A stretch of 64,000 bases of DNA from Chrysomallon squamiferum (GCA_012295275.1 CM022672.1:15624001-15688000); one strand, 5' to 3'. Positions 12,825 through 27,954 are shown, numbered from the stretch's first letter. Notes: generated from the sequence alone by a model not told the origin. Translations and numbers: made by a program.

Positions 12825-15800
12825 TAGTAAATAATAATAATAATTAATAAATAATAATAATAAAAACAGTAAAAAAAAAAAAATAATAATGATAATAAAA
12901 AAATTAACAAACTATAACACGAATAACAATAAAAATAACAATAATTTAAAAAAATATATATATATACATAATCATCATTGCTGTAATAATAACAGTAAAA
13001 GTAATTAATAGTAATGGAAAATAATTTTACTAAATAATAAATGTCACCATAATAATTATCATGACAAATTTTAAAATATTACATTATAAAGAATATGGAA
13101 AGTTTTAGAAATATGAGAATAAACAGCAACTTTCAAACTAACAAAAAACATTTTACCACATCAGATTTGACCTTAAACAAAATATAAACTTATTTATTTG
13201 AGAGATAAATCCAAATACTTGATTCAAATCTTAAGAGTCTATAAAATAATAATAATAATAATGAATTATTTTTAGATTAAATGTTAATGTTAGTAAAATA
13301 AATTAGTATATTTAAGCAGTTTTTGCTAGGATAGTACTTGTACTCTGTATGTGTGTGTGCATGTGCACACATGTGACTTATCAAGTCTAAAGCCAACATT
13401 ATCTCCAAAAGTTGAGATTTGTGCAAGGAAGTCTTAAAATAATTAACTTTGAGGTTTTCTTATTGTTTTACCATTCGTTTCTAGAGTATAATGACTTGAG
13501 ATATAAGCATAATAAGTGGTTCAAAATAAAAGAATAATGTACAAAAATTGTATACTGATTTTGAAATCCCTACTGATTCATAACAAACAAATTATATGAA
13601 CTGAGAATAATACTGACATCCTTTGCATGAAAATTAGCATTTTGTAGTTCACAAAGAAAACATTTTAGTTACTGGTTACTTTGAAAGAAAGAAATAAACA
13701 AAGTGTGCTTGTCAGTGTAAAGTAAAAATATCATGAACATGTCTGATGTTATGAATAGAACAGTAAAGAGACCTAGGTATGTCTAAATGCAATACTGATA
13801 AACACAATGGAAGTGTTAATTTTCTGTAACAACAAAAAAAAAGATGTAATGGATGTTTTTCAATTTTAAGGTTACTGAAAATAAGATGCTAAAATTTTTG
13901 AAACAATAAAATTATAATTATGTATTCCAGATAAATTTGTCTGTGTCTGGAACTAAAGGAAAAATCTAAACAAACACTATTAAGCACTGGGGTCCAGGTT
14001 ACTGTGAGTGCTGATGCTGTGTGCCTTTCAGCCAGGAGACTTGAGTGATGATAATGACAGGTTTGCTTTTGCTGATTAGTATATTTTCATTAGGTTTCAG
14101 AGCTGACATTTTGTCTGGGGAACTTCAGTGGAGGAAGAAATGATGTTATCACATCAACTCCATGGTCAGTGAGTGACAGTCACAGCACCAGCCAGCGATT
14201 CATGCTGTCAGCTGTAGTGGGAGTCTGAAATTATCCTCCACCCTGCAAACTGAAAAGATCAGTGCCACTCAGCAAGCATTTTATTACATAAGAAAAACCT
14301 GACAAAACATACTGAGATCGTTAAAAGCACATTTTTTCATGGTTTATGAATCAGATTAGTAGTATTGGATCTGACTAAAATAATAATATAGTCAACAATA
14401 ATTATACAGTTGATCAAAAAACCATCGTGGCTGATTAATGACATATGCAGATTTGGTCCAACAAATCCATTCTGAGTTTCCAGCACAGTTGTGGGCTTCA
14501 TTTTTTATCACCATTCTGCTTTCCTTTGACATTCAGACTTTGCACACTGGTGAGCTTGGTGCATGGATCTGTTTGCTGTGTTGCCATACCAGAGCTACCG
14601 TCATGTCTTCGTGCATCTTTCACCTGGTCATTCAGCATACTTTCAGCTTCCTTGGACTATCCTGCTGATATTGAATCTTCTATCATGAATATCTTGAAAC
14701 AAATACGAATGTGAACATACTTGATTCCATGCTAGATTACAGCCAAATCCAACAACATGAGCAGCTGGTGAAAAAGCACTTTCGTTGTTATCATGGGATT
14801 TCCTGTGCATATGTGAAATTCATGTGAGCATCCAGTACTGCACATCTTATGTCACACACTTGATGCAGGTAAACATCTTTGGATGAAATTCTGTATTCCT
14901 CAAGTTATGATGAGGTCACATTCTGTCTGGTGCATGAAGCCAATATGGCTGTGGAGTTCTCCTTTGTTAAATCTGCTGGGACAATTTTGCCACTGGATAA
15001 TCCAAATTACAATTCATTTGGCAGCATTGCTGGGGATATGTTATCAGATGTAATTTTTGTCAGAATTGTTTAGGTAATTTAGAAAAGATTTCTCATAAAA
15101 AGACAAAAGGTGGAAACATGATCCTATTAACTAATTTGATTCATAAACCATGAAAAAAAAATGCTTTTAAGTGATCTGAGTAATATTGTAACAGTGTATT
15201 TGTCAGGTTTCATTATGCTATAACGTGCACTGAATGTACTGATCTTTTCAAATAAAATGTGATTTCACACTGCCATTATAGCTGAGTGAACCAACCAGCG
15301 CAGCGACTCCTAGCTCAATGACTGTCGCCCAAGCAGTTAAAATAAAACTAAAACAACTAAAACAAAGTAAAATAAAATAAAAAAATAAAAATAAAATATA
15401 AAATATAAGAAATAAAACAAAATTGAAAATAATAATTAGAATATATTTTAATTATTTTTTAAAATTTTGTTTTATATTTTATTTATTTATAAATAAGTAA
15501 AATCATTTTAAACATGCAAATTAGAAAGTAAACTGTTATATGAACTTCACATAGTTACTTGAAGAACTATTATTATTTTGTATTTTTAATTTCTAAAAAG
15601 ATATTAATTATATCAGTCAGATATATTTAATATTTAAAAAATAAAAGAACATAATAATAATTATAATAATGTTAATAAAAAACAGTTGAAACGATAACAC
15701 AAGCATGTTTAAAAAAGATAATAATTTATAGTAATAATTACATCAAATATATTGTCTCATTTAGAAAGGAGAAATAAAGATTTAATGCAACAGAAAGAAT

Positions 15801-18416
15801 GAGAAAAAAGTTCAGTAACATTCTTGTGTGTCAACTTGAATCTGAATAATTAATCTACTTCCAGATAGCTCTCTAAAAACATTTTTTAACTAAATACCTC
15901 AAAAATACAAATTGATCTGAAATGTTCAATTCATTCGTGTCGATATGTAAGTATATATTTAATTTTAATCACACACACACACCCACACACATACAGACAG
16001 TTTTTAAATACCATATACAAAGTAATATATGGTGACATTCTGAATCAGTATAAAAAAGGAACTGACTATATAATTATTAAGGCAAAATCTGAAAACAAAA
16101 GTTCATTATGTTTTCCAGCTATGTTTTCTCTAATGTAATCCTGAGCAAACAGAAAAAATTAAGTTCAGAAAAGTTTGTATTTTCTCTACTGAAAACCTAA
16201 TAAAGCAGAAGCAAGTCTGTTTGGGAAATTTATTATTTTCCTCAATGTAAACTCAATCAAATGAACAAATCTAGTTTAGAAAATTTAATATTTTCTGTAA
16301 TGTAAAAAACAACAATAACATTATTTAGTATTAACATCAGTGAAATATCAAACAGTGCTGAATCACAATCAGTGAAGTATCAAACCTGTGTGTTTTGTTA
16401 CTAAAATTTGGTAACAGTTAAATTATAAACATGTATCTTAGTAAATATAAATGATAGAAGTACATTATATAAATCCAAACATAACATTGTGAAATAAAAA
16501 TAATAGTGATGATTATGACAATGATGAAAAAGATATTTTTGGCTTTAATTTAAAAAATATTTATTTTTATACACATATTTCTTTCTCTTTAATATCAGTT
16601 TAGAGAAAAAACTAAATTAATAAAGATATAATTTTTTTTTAAATTATGATGTAATTTAGTAACTGAAACTAAATTCAGCAACTTAGAATCATTCAAAATA
16701 TAATGCGGTGGGATAAAATGAATACTTCAAAACAACAACATTATTCCAGTTAACTGCAGTTATCAAGATGACTATATGGACCGTGTACAATAAAACAATG
16801 AAAACATGCAACTGTTTAATATTTAAATTAGCCATTAATAACCATCAAACATTAGTAACAAACAGAAAACAAACATCCTAAATAATCTTCACCAGTGCAA
16901 GAAACCAACAAAAAAAAAAAAAAAAAAAAAATAAAAAAAATAATAATAATAATAAAACAAATTATACTATTAAATATAAATTAATTCTGAAATTTCTTTA
17001 ATTATATAACTAATTCAAAGTGTATGAGAGCAAACTGTATTAATATGTAGATTAATTTGCTAATAATAACATGTCCAGATGTACCACACAGAGAAAGAAG
17101 ACAGCAGAGGCTGTTTGTTTGGTTTTTAGACATGGTATTTGTTAGTAGAGATGTAAAACTAGGTAAATCATGGTATCAGGTATTTTTATTATTATTTAAT
17201 TATTTACTATTGGTAACAGTTCTAAATTAGTCATAATTAATATACTTTATGGTCTCCAGTTTAAAACAAAACAGTCACTTGTAAGTATATAGAAATTATT
17301 TTGCTTATTTGTTCACCCCACTAAAAATCCATTAAACTGTCTTAATATCTTTGTAATATCCAATTTAATCGTTCTTTCTATTCAAATTATTTAATAGACA
17401 ATACTTATAGAATCATTATTATAAAATTAAATATCATTTCTAAAATTATTTTGAATGATTATTTTGTTGCAGCAGCAAATCAAACAATGAATGAGAATTA
17501 AGATTTAGGAATTTATTATATTTTAATATATATTTATTTTTAAAAATATTTTTCACATGTTGATTTCAAGACCAGGAATGATCAAAATATGCTTTAACTT
17601 TAATTTGATATAGAAATGTAAGTATTAAAATGCACACACACACATGTATATATTAAAGACGATCATTTGTAAGGCATGTTACCAGTAATGAATCTAAACT
17701 TCACTAATGACAAGACATATTTACTTACTAAAATATTCTGTACCCTGTATTTCAGTATAATTTCTTTTTTCCTACTCTGATGTTTATAATATATCAGTAT
17801 TACAAAAATAACTTTTTTGTTTTGTTTTTGTTTTTGTCTATTTGTTGTAAATAACAAGATGTTAATAAAAGGAAATATTTTACTTTTCAAAGAGAAGTAT
17901 TCCTAATCAATGTATTTTGTTTCTCTTTACCATAATTATAAACAAGTTTTCAGCAACAATAACAATTTTTATTTCAGATTCAATCTTAAAGGTTTTCCTT
18001 TCTTTATCTTTAAAAACCTCTGAACAACTGAAAGTCAAAACTTCATGAAAATATTTGAAACTTACCTGAAACTATCAATAAAAAAGTTTAAAAAAAACAA
18101 GTTTGTGTATGTATGTATGTATATAAAATAATCAGTCAGTCAATTTCAATCAATAAATCAGTCAATAAATGAATAAACTAAATGAAAAAATAATAATAAA
18201 TAAATAAATATAATACAAAACAAAAATAAATCAAAACAAAAACAAAAAACAAATAAAACTGATCACAGAGTTAACTGTTAATTATATATGAAAAATACAC
18301 AAGAAGATATATTGAGAGACACACAACACTTTAACAGTACCAACCTGATTTTTCCTTCTTCAAAGAAGCTTGAGAAAGAGTGCAAAAATAAAAAAAATAA
18401 TAATAATAACAACAAC

Positions 18417-18463
<47 letters not shown>

Positions 18464-20118
18464 TAAAAATAAAAATAAAAATAAAAATAAAATAAAATAA
18501 AATAAAATGATAATAAATGTGATATACATTTGAGGGATAAACCAGAAAAGGGAACAGAAATATGAGAAAAGTTAACACACTATGAGGATATGACTGCAAG
18601 CAGAAATAGCATCAGACCAGGAGCATTTTAAAATTACAATTTTTTTATTTATAATTAAACATAAACAATTTTTAAAAGAAACACACATTTTAATTTCTTT
18701 TTAAATAAATATTTACGTTAATTTGTCTTATTATTCAGTTATAATTTATTTTTTTGTTACTCCAAAGTTGTCTTTTTTTTTTTTTTTTTGATTGTTTTAT
18801 TTCAGTATTTAATAACAATATTTCAGTAAATTAATCTGGTCAAATGCTTGTATGAAGGCTGTTTCAGAAACATGTGTTGCAAAATGGGGCAGGAGAAAAC
18901 ACTGTAAAATAAATAAGTCGATACATAAATAATTTCTGAATCAATTTTTTTTTTCTTTTTTTTAAAGCACCATTTTAGAAACAGAAATCAACTGTTCTGC
19001 ATCACATGAATTACTTTTTTCAAATCATTATTCAGAATTATTCACATGTTAATATCACGAGTTTAAACCTCTTTTGTTTTCTTTCTTTCATTAATATTAT
19101 TATTACTGTTACTGTCACCATCATCAATATCAGTTTTTATTATAATTATTATTGTTATTGAACATTTAAGTTAAAAAAAAAAAAAAAATTTCAGTGGAAA
19201 AACAAATCTTATAGTATCAGCATCAAACAGAAAGACAAGCTCATTGTAAACCATGCATCATCCCATTTCTGAAACTGCCTTCTGAGCAATGAGAGAGTTA
19301 GCACTAGACAACCGTTACAGACAGACGGATGGCATCTGAAGACATACCAGTGTCTACAGTCTGATTGGACTGGTCAGCCAACAGGCGAGGGAGACTAGCT
19401 GACCTGCATTTGTCACTAGTGCGATACACGCCTGAAGACATGAAACGACAAAGTTATTAAAACAAAGGTAATAAATGCAAGCAAATGAAAGCTAAACAAA
19501 ATAAAAGAATAAAAGGAACATAAACATAAAAAGGTTTACTGTAAAAGATATTTTTAAAAAATAATAAAAATCAATACAATTTTTTGTTATTAGAAAAAAG
19601 TAAAAGAAAAAAGAAGAATTTGTTAAGAAATGTGAGTGCTGGTTTTTACTCATGCTACATAATGTAATGGTAGTAAATAAAAATTTAGGTGAACATGTAT
19701 ATATTCCAATTAACTGTTAAAACACACATAAAAATAATCTGGGTGAAAATAAAGATTACATACTGAAAGAGATACACCAACTGCAATTCCTTTTATTTAT
19801 ATTACAACAGGAAAAATTGTTTTACTGATGTCACCAAAACAACTGTATTAACAGTGAAGATACTTGACTTTTTCAGCATGAATTTGTATTAATAAAACTT
19901 AATAAAGTGAGAAAAAAATAAGTGAATAAATTAATTTAATTTAGCAAAAAGTCAGAGAGAAATAAAAACAATAAAAGAAGTACAAAAAAGAATTTTGTTT
20001 GAATGTTTAAATACATTTAATCTTATTTGTGTTACTTAATTTTCATTTTTTTATTTGGGTACCTCTTCATATTCATTTCAGTATCAACAAAATTTGAAAA
20101 AAAAAACCCTTATGCGTG

Positions 20119-20160
<42 letters not shown>

Positions 20161-21838
20161 TGCACACACACTAAGTAAAAAGAAAAGTAATTTTGGTTTG
20201 AATTTTATTTTGATTTAATTAATTTTATGTTACAATATCATTTAACTTATTCTGATAAACTGAATAGTTTAATTTTCTCAGATTAAAAACTGCAGAAAAC
20301 ACTGAAATATTAAAAAATAATAATAATAGAATTAATTAATTAATAAAAATGTATACAGAAAATTGTGAAAGATAATTTTTTTCTTTAAAAATTAGGTAAA
20401 TTAAAAGCTTGTAGAAATAAAAAAAAATGTGGGTGCTGTATTAATTTTTTGGGTTGTTAAAATGTTTTAAAGCTGCCTGTTGAGAATGTAGTCATTATAT
20501 TATTTATCTAACATTAAAAAAATAATAAAAACCAAAAATAATAAAGAAATATAAAGAAATAAGAAAGGAGAAGTATAAACAAACAAATAAATAAATAATG
20601 ATAAACTATTCCCAGAAAGTTGAAAATAAACAAAATAAATAAAATAAATAGAAATTGTTTGAAATAAACTTATATTCCCTAAAGAAAGAACTAAAATAAT
20701 TATTGATACTAAAATGTCCTGACTGGTGTGCAACTAATATACACTTTTATATATAAAAGATCATAAAAGATACAAAGTCTAGATTTTGAAAAAAAAAAAA
20801 ACAAAAATGATAAAAAGGTGTTTTTCTTTTTGTTTTTGTATTTTTAAAATTTCCCAAATAATAATAATAAATAAAAGTACTATAAAGAAGAAAGTTTTTT
20901 AAAATAAAATGATTTGTTCATGAGGTTTCCACTGTATCTCAAAAGCCTTTATACACTATTTAAAAATGTTGTACATATAAATGTAAATGCAGATTATAAT
21001 TACGAAGTTCTTTAATTAATTTGTTTAAAACTATGCCTATATTACACATCAAACATTTCTATATTCTATTTAAAAATACAGTACATTAAAAAGGAAATCC
21101 AGATCACGTTGATGAAGTTCTTTAATTTAACGAACTTAACTGCAACTGTTCTATAGGCAATATTATTTCTCAAATCTCTGTATAATAAAAATTTTACCTG
21201 TAAAAATAAATCTAGATATAGTTATGGATTTCTTTCACTTAATCAGTATGTCTAAATCTGTTCCTATAGGCTACACTATTTGTTAATCATCTCTGTTTTA
21301 CAGCAAGTGCAAGGAAATGGTTGTTAGGGGTTAATCCGTGTTGCTGAAGGAACATTCCTCAACTAACAAGCCAAGTTATCAACATGCAAGTACTGGAGCT
21401 GCAAAAGGTTAATGAGTTTCCTCTCACAGCTTCTGATTTACCTTCCTGCTGACAACAGCTTACTTCAGTTAGAACAAACAATTTAGTATCGACGAGATAA
21501 GCTGCACAAGAGGCAAATGTAAGTATTCATTGTAACAAAATCAACATTAAAATACAGACGTATTAATTAAGCTATGTCTTCTAAAAACAACATCATCACG
21601 TGTTACAAGCAATCTCAAATGTAAAAAGAATTTGTTTTAAGAAATGACGTGTAGTATGTAAATATTTGTAAAGAAATTTCTTCAGAAACATTATATTTAA
21701 GTAACTAATTTTATAATGGGAGAAAAATGAAAACTAAAGAAAGAAAATGTATAATGCATAAATGTTTGTAAACTGATTTCATTTCAATCTCAAAATGTAC
21801 AGGGACCCAACCCAAAAAAAAAAAACACAAAAAAAACC

Positions 21839-21876
<38 letters not shown>

Positions 21877-24800
21877 GATTCTTATCATTCTTCTTAAATG
21901 TACAATATCAAAATGAAAAATATTGCCACTATCAAAAATAAGCATCTCAATTATTTTCTCTCTCTCAACATACAAACATTTATATAAATGTTTTGTTAAT
22001 TATTTTAGAATTATTTTGTAATTATTCAAGAAAGTTAAAAAAATTAAATTAAATGTTATAGGACCAGTGTACTTAAAATAAAAAATATATATATATATTA
22101 AAAGGAGAACAAAAAAAGTTGGGTGAGAACTATAATGCATAAATGTTTGCTAGAATGATTTCATTTCGTCAACAAATAACTTTTCAATTTTGGCTCTAAT
22201 GCACAAAGGTTTGAAATGAATTTCATTATAAAGTTTTCATTTAATAAACCAAAATTCAAAATGTGTTAATTTTTTTTTTCATAAATGGAAAAAATTATTT
22301 AAAAAATCATTTTCTGAGACTATCATTTATAACTGTTTGTAAATTCAAATTCCAAAATGTAGAAGGGGGTAAAAAAATGTTGATAAAAAATCTTTCAATT
22401 TTTTTTTTTTAATATAATGTGTAGTGGTTGTATAATGTTTAATGTGGAAAGCTTACCTTTAAAAACATCTTTGTTCAAATAGAAGAGACTAGAGAATGAA
22501 TGATGCTGGACATCTGGTGCAAGAGGCAAGTGAACGGTCTTATAATGTCTTTGAACATATGCTGAAAAAATTGCAAGTTTTAAAAAATTAATAAACTGTT
22601 AAAAACCAAATAAATAAATAAATATAACCTTTCCTACAGTCTACATAAAATTAATTTTTAAAATTCTTAATAATGTCCAATCTGTTCCTAATATTAATCA
22701 TATTACAAATTTTTTATTGACAATACACAAGAATTCTTTTCAGTTTGTGTGATTTCAAATAGCATACAAATTATTTTAATTAAAAGTCATCATCTAAAAA
22801 TTTTGTATACAAATACAAGATAAACTTACATCATCATTTATCTTATTGTATAAATTAAAACAGTAACAGTAATAATAATAAAATATTGTTATAGATTACA
22901 TGCCAAACATGACCTTGTATTTTGAGAAAAGGATTACATAACAATGCCTATTTTCAAACTAACACTGAAAAACGTCATGCTGCCAACATTTAAAATTCTG
23001 AATAAATAGCTTATCAAATGACTCCAAGAGAAAAAGAAAGCATTATTATCACCAGTGCAAAAGCTTCTTATCTAAAATATTAATGTCCCTTGAAACAAAC
23101 TGTCTTTGGTAGGTATAATCCTCAAAGTGGACCAACTTGTGCCATAAGACTTAAATGGAATCCAAAAAAAACCAAGTTTAATTGAAAAACCTTTAAAAAA
23201 AAAAAAAGACTAATATTTCATTAAATGTGTTTAAGAATGGAAGAATGTCCTTTTCATGTCTTAATTTTGTTTCTTTTAAATCATAAATGAAAAAAAACAA
23301 AATAATAAGTCAATAATAATAATAATGGTAATAAGAATAAGGATAACAGTAATAATAATAACAATAAATTTTGTACTTCAAGTCTAATATTGGTCCAGTT
23401 TGTGAATACTACAAACTAACTGACACATATACTAGTATTTACCCACTATTAGCAAATGTCATTTAGCAATTTGTATCATTAATACTTTGACTGTACTTAA
23501 AACTGTATTAAAAAACGTAACAGTTAAGTGAAAAATAAAACCATGGTATTTATATTTTTGACATAAACAAACTGTTAAAAATTTATTTAAAAAACTGAAG
23601 GATGTTCAAATAAAATAAAATAAAAATCTTTAATTGTAGGAATTATTAGGATAAGAAATATGGTTTATTTTATTCAGAATGGATTTTTATTTCACTTTTC
23701 TTCAAATAGTAAAGTAACAGTCACTTCCTATCAATAGCTGTTTGTAAATAAATAATGCCTGCAAAGTAAATAATACATTTTTTTTTTTTCATAAATAGCA
23801 ACAAAGATTCTTGTGTGTGTGTATGCTTACATGGAAATAACAACATTTAAAATAAAAACAAAAATACATACAGAAAGGAATGCCATGCATGAAATATAAA
23901 ATAAACTGCCTCTCATGAAAATAACTATAACCATAAAATAATGATAGTAATAGATAAATAAATAATAAAATAATACAAATAATAATAATAATAATAATAA
24001 TAAAAGTAATAGTAACACTGTAAATTCAATAAATAAATAAATGTTAAAAAATATTTAAAAAGACATTTATATTTCTCCTGGGTACTTATATATTAACCAT
24101 AAAATTTTATTAAAGTACATGTATTTGTTAAGCAAATTTTCTTTCTTTCTTTCTTTTTCTTTTTACTCGTCATTTGATAAATAAATAAATAAATAAATAT
24201 AAAACTAAACGTATTTTGCATACAATAAAATAAAGTTAAATTGTACGTGTGTACTGATTTCAGAAAAATAAAATAGATTTAATTTACAAAATTATTAACT
24301 GTTAACTGTTTTCAGTGTTAGCCAATTTTAATAATTTACTAAACAGCAATGAAAAATTCATAATCATTCTATCATTCAGTTAAATAAATTAACAAAAACA
24401 ATTAATAATAAATTAAATTAATTTTTTTCTTTTTTTTTAATCATTTGTGCCCAACACAAATTTAAAACATAACTGAAATTTGTATGAAAAAGAAGAAAAA
24501 AAAACACAAATTAAAAATAAGGAAAATAACAGAATGTATAAGCTTATTATTTAAGAAAAGGTGCCCACACCAGTTTTTATATAAAAATATAGAATCAAGC
24601 AGAACACAGTTCACAGCAAACGAATCACACAAAAATATACCTGTAACAAAGTGCAGCAGTGTAGATAACAAAACATACATTTTAATAAATGTACTTTGTA
24701 CTAAGTAATGATTTTACATACAAATTTATTTCCTGCCGAAGAACAACAACAGTAGTAATCGGTTCATGAAACACAGAAAAATAAAAAAAAAAAAAAATAA

Positions 24801-27136
24801 AACACAAAAACTGGCTAAATTCGGAGACAGGAGGTGCATATTAATAAAACATGTAACATGATGACATTACCTGTGACATTACTGCATTCAGTTTTTTTAT
24901 CTTCCAGGCTTCGGCTCCGCTTTTTGTCTAAACATGAATTTTAACAACAGTCCTTATTTTTCAGACACAATTACTATAATATAAACTGAACAAACATACG
25001 TTTAAGAACATGTTTGTGTGTGTGTAGTTATGTGCACGCCTGTGTGTGTTATGTTTGTTAAATATACTTAAGTAAGAATATTTTAAATATTTGATTATTT
25101 CTTCTTTTTTTTTTAAAATATTATTATTATTTAACTTTGTATATTAAATGATATAATAACCAAAATAGACAGCTATTTTAAAGGAAAGTAATTTTCAACA
25201 TGATGTTTTTTATATTGTTTAAAAGGTAAATTATATAATGAATGGTTCTTATCATTCTTGTTAGATGTACAATATCAAAAAGAAAAATATTGCCACAATC
25301 AAAATTAAGCATCTCTATTATTTTCTCTCTCTCAACATATAAAACATTCATATAAATGTGTTATCAATTATTTTAGAATTGTTTTGTAATTATTCAAGAA
25401 AGTTAAACATTTTAAATTAAAACTGTACTTAAAAATGAAAATTATATAAACAAAAATATATTCAAAACAGAATTTTTATTAGAAAATTAATATATCTGGT
25501 TTTAATTTTAGCTTCAGGGCAGTTTTTAGTGGGTGTGTGGGTTGGAGGAATTCCTTTAGTTAGAAGTGTTAATAAATCATACATTAATGAAATAGTATAG
25601 GTGAATGCAAGAATTTAATGAAAGTAAACTCAGAGGAAATGATATATTAATAAGGTTTTTTCAGTCGCTGTTGATTCAGTCATGTTTAAAAACATTTATT
25701 TACCACATTTCCATTTAAGTTGTTCTGTTTTAGAACTTACAGACAAAATTTATTTTATTTTCAAAATAAACCCAAACACGAAATATTCTTAGTGTGCTTG
25801 CTGCAATACAAAGCATTTTTCACATTTTCTATTACTATTACTAAAGATCAGTCATGCAATGCATATAACAAATAAATTTAATTAAAATATACTTGTAAAT
25901 AAATAAATAAATAAATAATTATTAAAATAAATAAATAAATAAATAAGGAATAATTAAAATAAAATTATAAAAACATTAATTAAATAACAGCTGAAAGAGA
26001 CAAATAATATTATTTTAAAAATAACTTAGTCATAAGAGTGAACAAATAAAAAGTTTTATATTTTAAAAAATTAAGACAAAAAAGAAAGGAAGGAATAAAC
26101 ACTAAGTGGAATTTTTATTTCTTATACAATCTCAATTTCAACTTTCTACATGCATGATTTGTTTTCTTGAGGATTAATATAAAATGTATTATTCACTTAC
26201 TTATAATAATGCAGTTTCAAAATAGTCAACAATAATGGTTTTACTGATCTTGGGAATGTGCACTTTTTAAAGCGAGAGAGAGAGAGAGAGAGAGAGAGAG
26301 TGTGTGTATGTGTGCAAAACTGACGTAGGCATTTCCATTTACTAGAAGTATGCATGCTGTAACTGATAAGCATGAAAAAGCATTCAAGCACTATCTCTTA
26401 CATGATCACTGACTTATTAAGAAAGAAGATTAAATTATGACCTGTACACTTTACTGTTAATTTATGTATTTCCAGAACTATTGTTTCTTTTTAATGTTAG
26501 CAATATTATTACAGTTTTGTGTGTTGTTGTTATTGTTGTTGCTGTTGCTGTTTGCTTTGGAGTTTTTGTGTTCTGAACAACCAAATGTGAAAAATATCAG
26601 AAATAGTTAAAAATTAATTTAAAATGTATTATGTTTTTCAAAATGTTATTTTATGTTGTTAACTTAAATATTAGCTAAATGATGATTTTTTTTTAATTTT
26701 AATTATTTATTTAAACATTCTAAATAGAAAAAACTATATTTTTCAAAAGTGGAGTTAAAGGGATGATCTTCATCTACAATATAAGAACACAAACATCACA
26801 CTGGTAGCCAGAGATAAATATTTGAAACACATTATTTTTCATGAAAAATCCACAACAAAATCCAGGCAAAAGGCAGTTATACAGAGAAGCTCACACTAAA
26901 AAAAGAAATGTGCATTTCAAATTACCTGGGTCAGGTTCACAGTTTTTATCTTCAAGACTTCGACTGCGTTTGTCTTCAAAATGTGTACTGTTGGTAATTT
27001 CTGTAAAGATAATCACATCAGACATTTACAAGTAAAATAGTAATAATCTGGCTCATTCTGTAATTTAGAATACTGACAAAAGAGCTGTGTAAAGACACAT
27101 ATACAAACATGCATACAAGAGGACACACAAACGCAT

Positions 27137-27185
<49 letters not shown>

Positions 27186-27916
27186 CCCAGACACAGAGGC
27201 ATGCACACATACATTTCAAGGATTCATTCCAGACTTATCTACTCTTAACTTTATTAATATTTATTAACATTTCAAATATAGAACTATATATTATAAAAAA
27301 AAAAAAAATTTCTTTGAGAAAAAACAAAACCAACTAATAACTGTAACAAATTTGATTCTTTTTTTTTCTGATAAATGTATTTATCAGATAAAAGTATTTA
27401 TGTATTAGAGAAATGGTCTCTTTGACATTTTAATTACATTTTTATTTAAATGCTTCTTTGCATTGTCAGTTAATTATAGGATGGATTATGCTCATTTTAA
27501 AAACTGCAAGTACAAATGTAAAGTGGTTTATTATTACCAAACACAGGAACTGTTCCTGATGGTGAAATCTGAATTGGCATGGAAACACTTTTAGTTGACT
27601 CTGGTAATGGTACACTGGGAACCAAACTGTCTGCCTTTTGGGGGAAAAAAATTTAAAAAAAAATTATTCTGCATGTTAAATAAACATTTCTTTACTAAGA
27701 AAAAAATATCTTTATTCACTTTTTTTTTTATTTAATTTAACTATGAACTTAATATTTGTTCATTTGTTTAAAAACTGCTTTAAAACTTTTCTAATATATT
27801 TTTTCATGAAGAATGTGTTTATAGTATTTTAGTATTATTATTTTTTATGGTAGTAGTAATAACAGTATTTTGTTAGTAGTAACAGTAAAATTTAAGTAGT
27901 ACTAGTGATAATACTA

Positions 27917-27954
<38 letters not shown>

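Noticed and set aside
15278-15312. SRCAGWF resemblance to vertebrate PPIP5K GSHCAGLF
   Set aside because: That frame is bounded by stops and does not match the required phase 1
18278-18599. ORFs with poly-L, poly-N and poly-I runs
   Set aside because: Artefacts of (AAT)n and A-rich microsatellites
27013-27219. CVCVCV / HTHTHT ORFs (also at 30941-31150)
   Set aside because: Translations of (CA)n microsatellites
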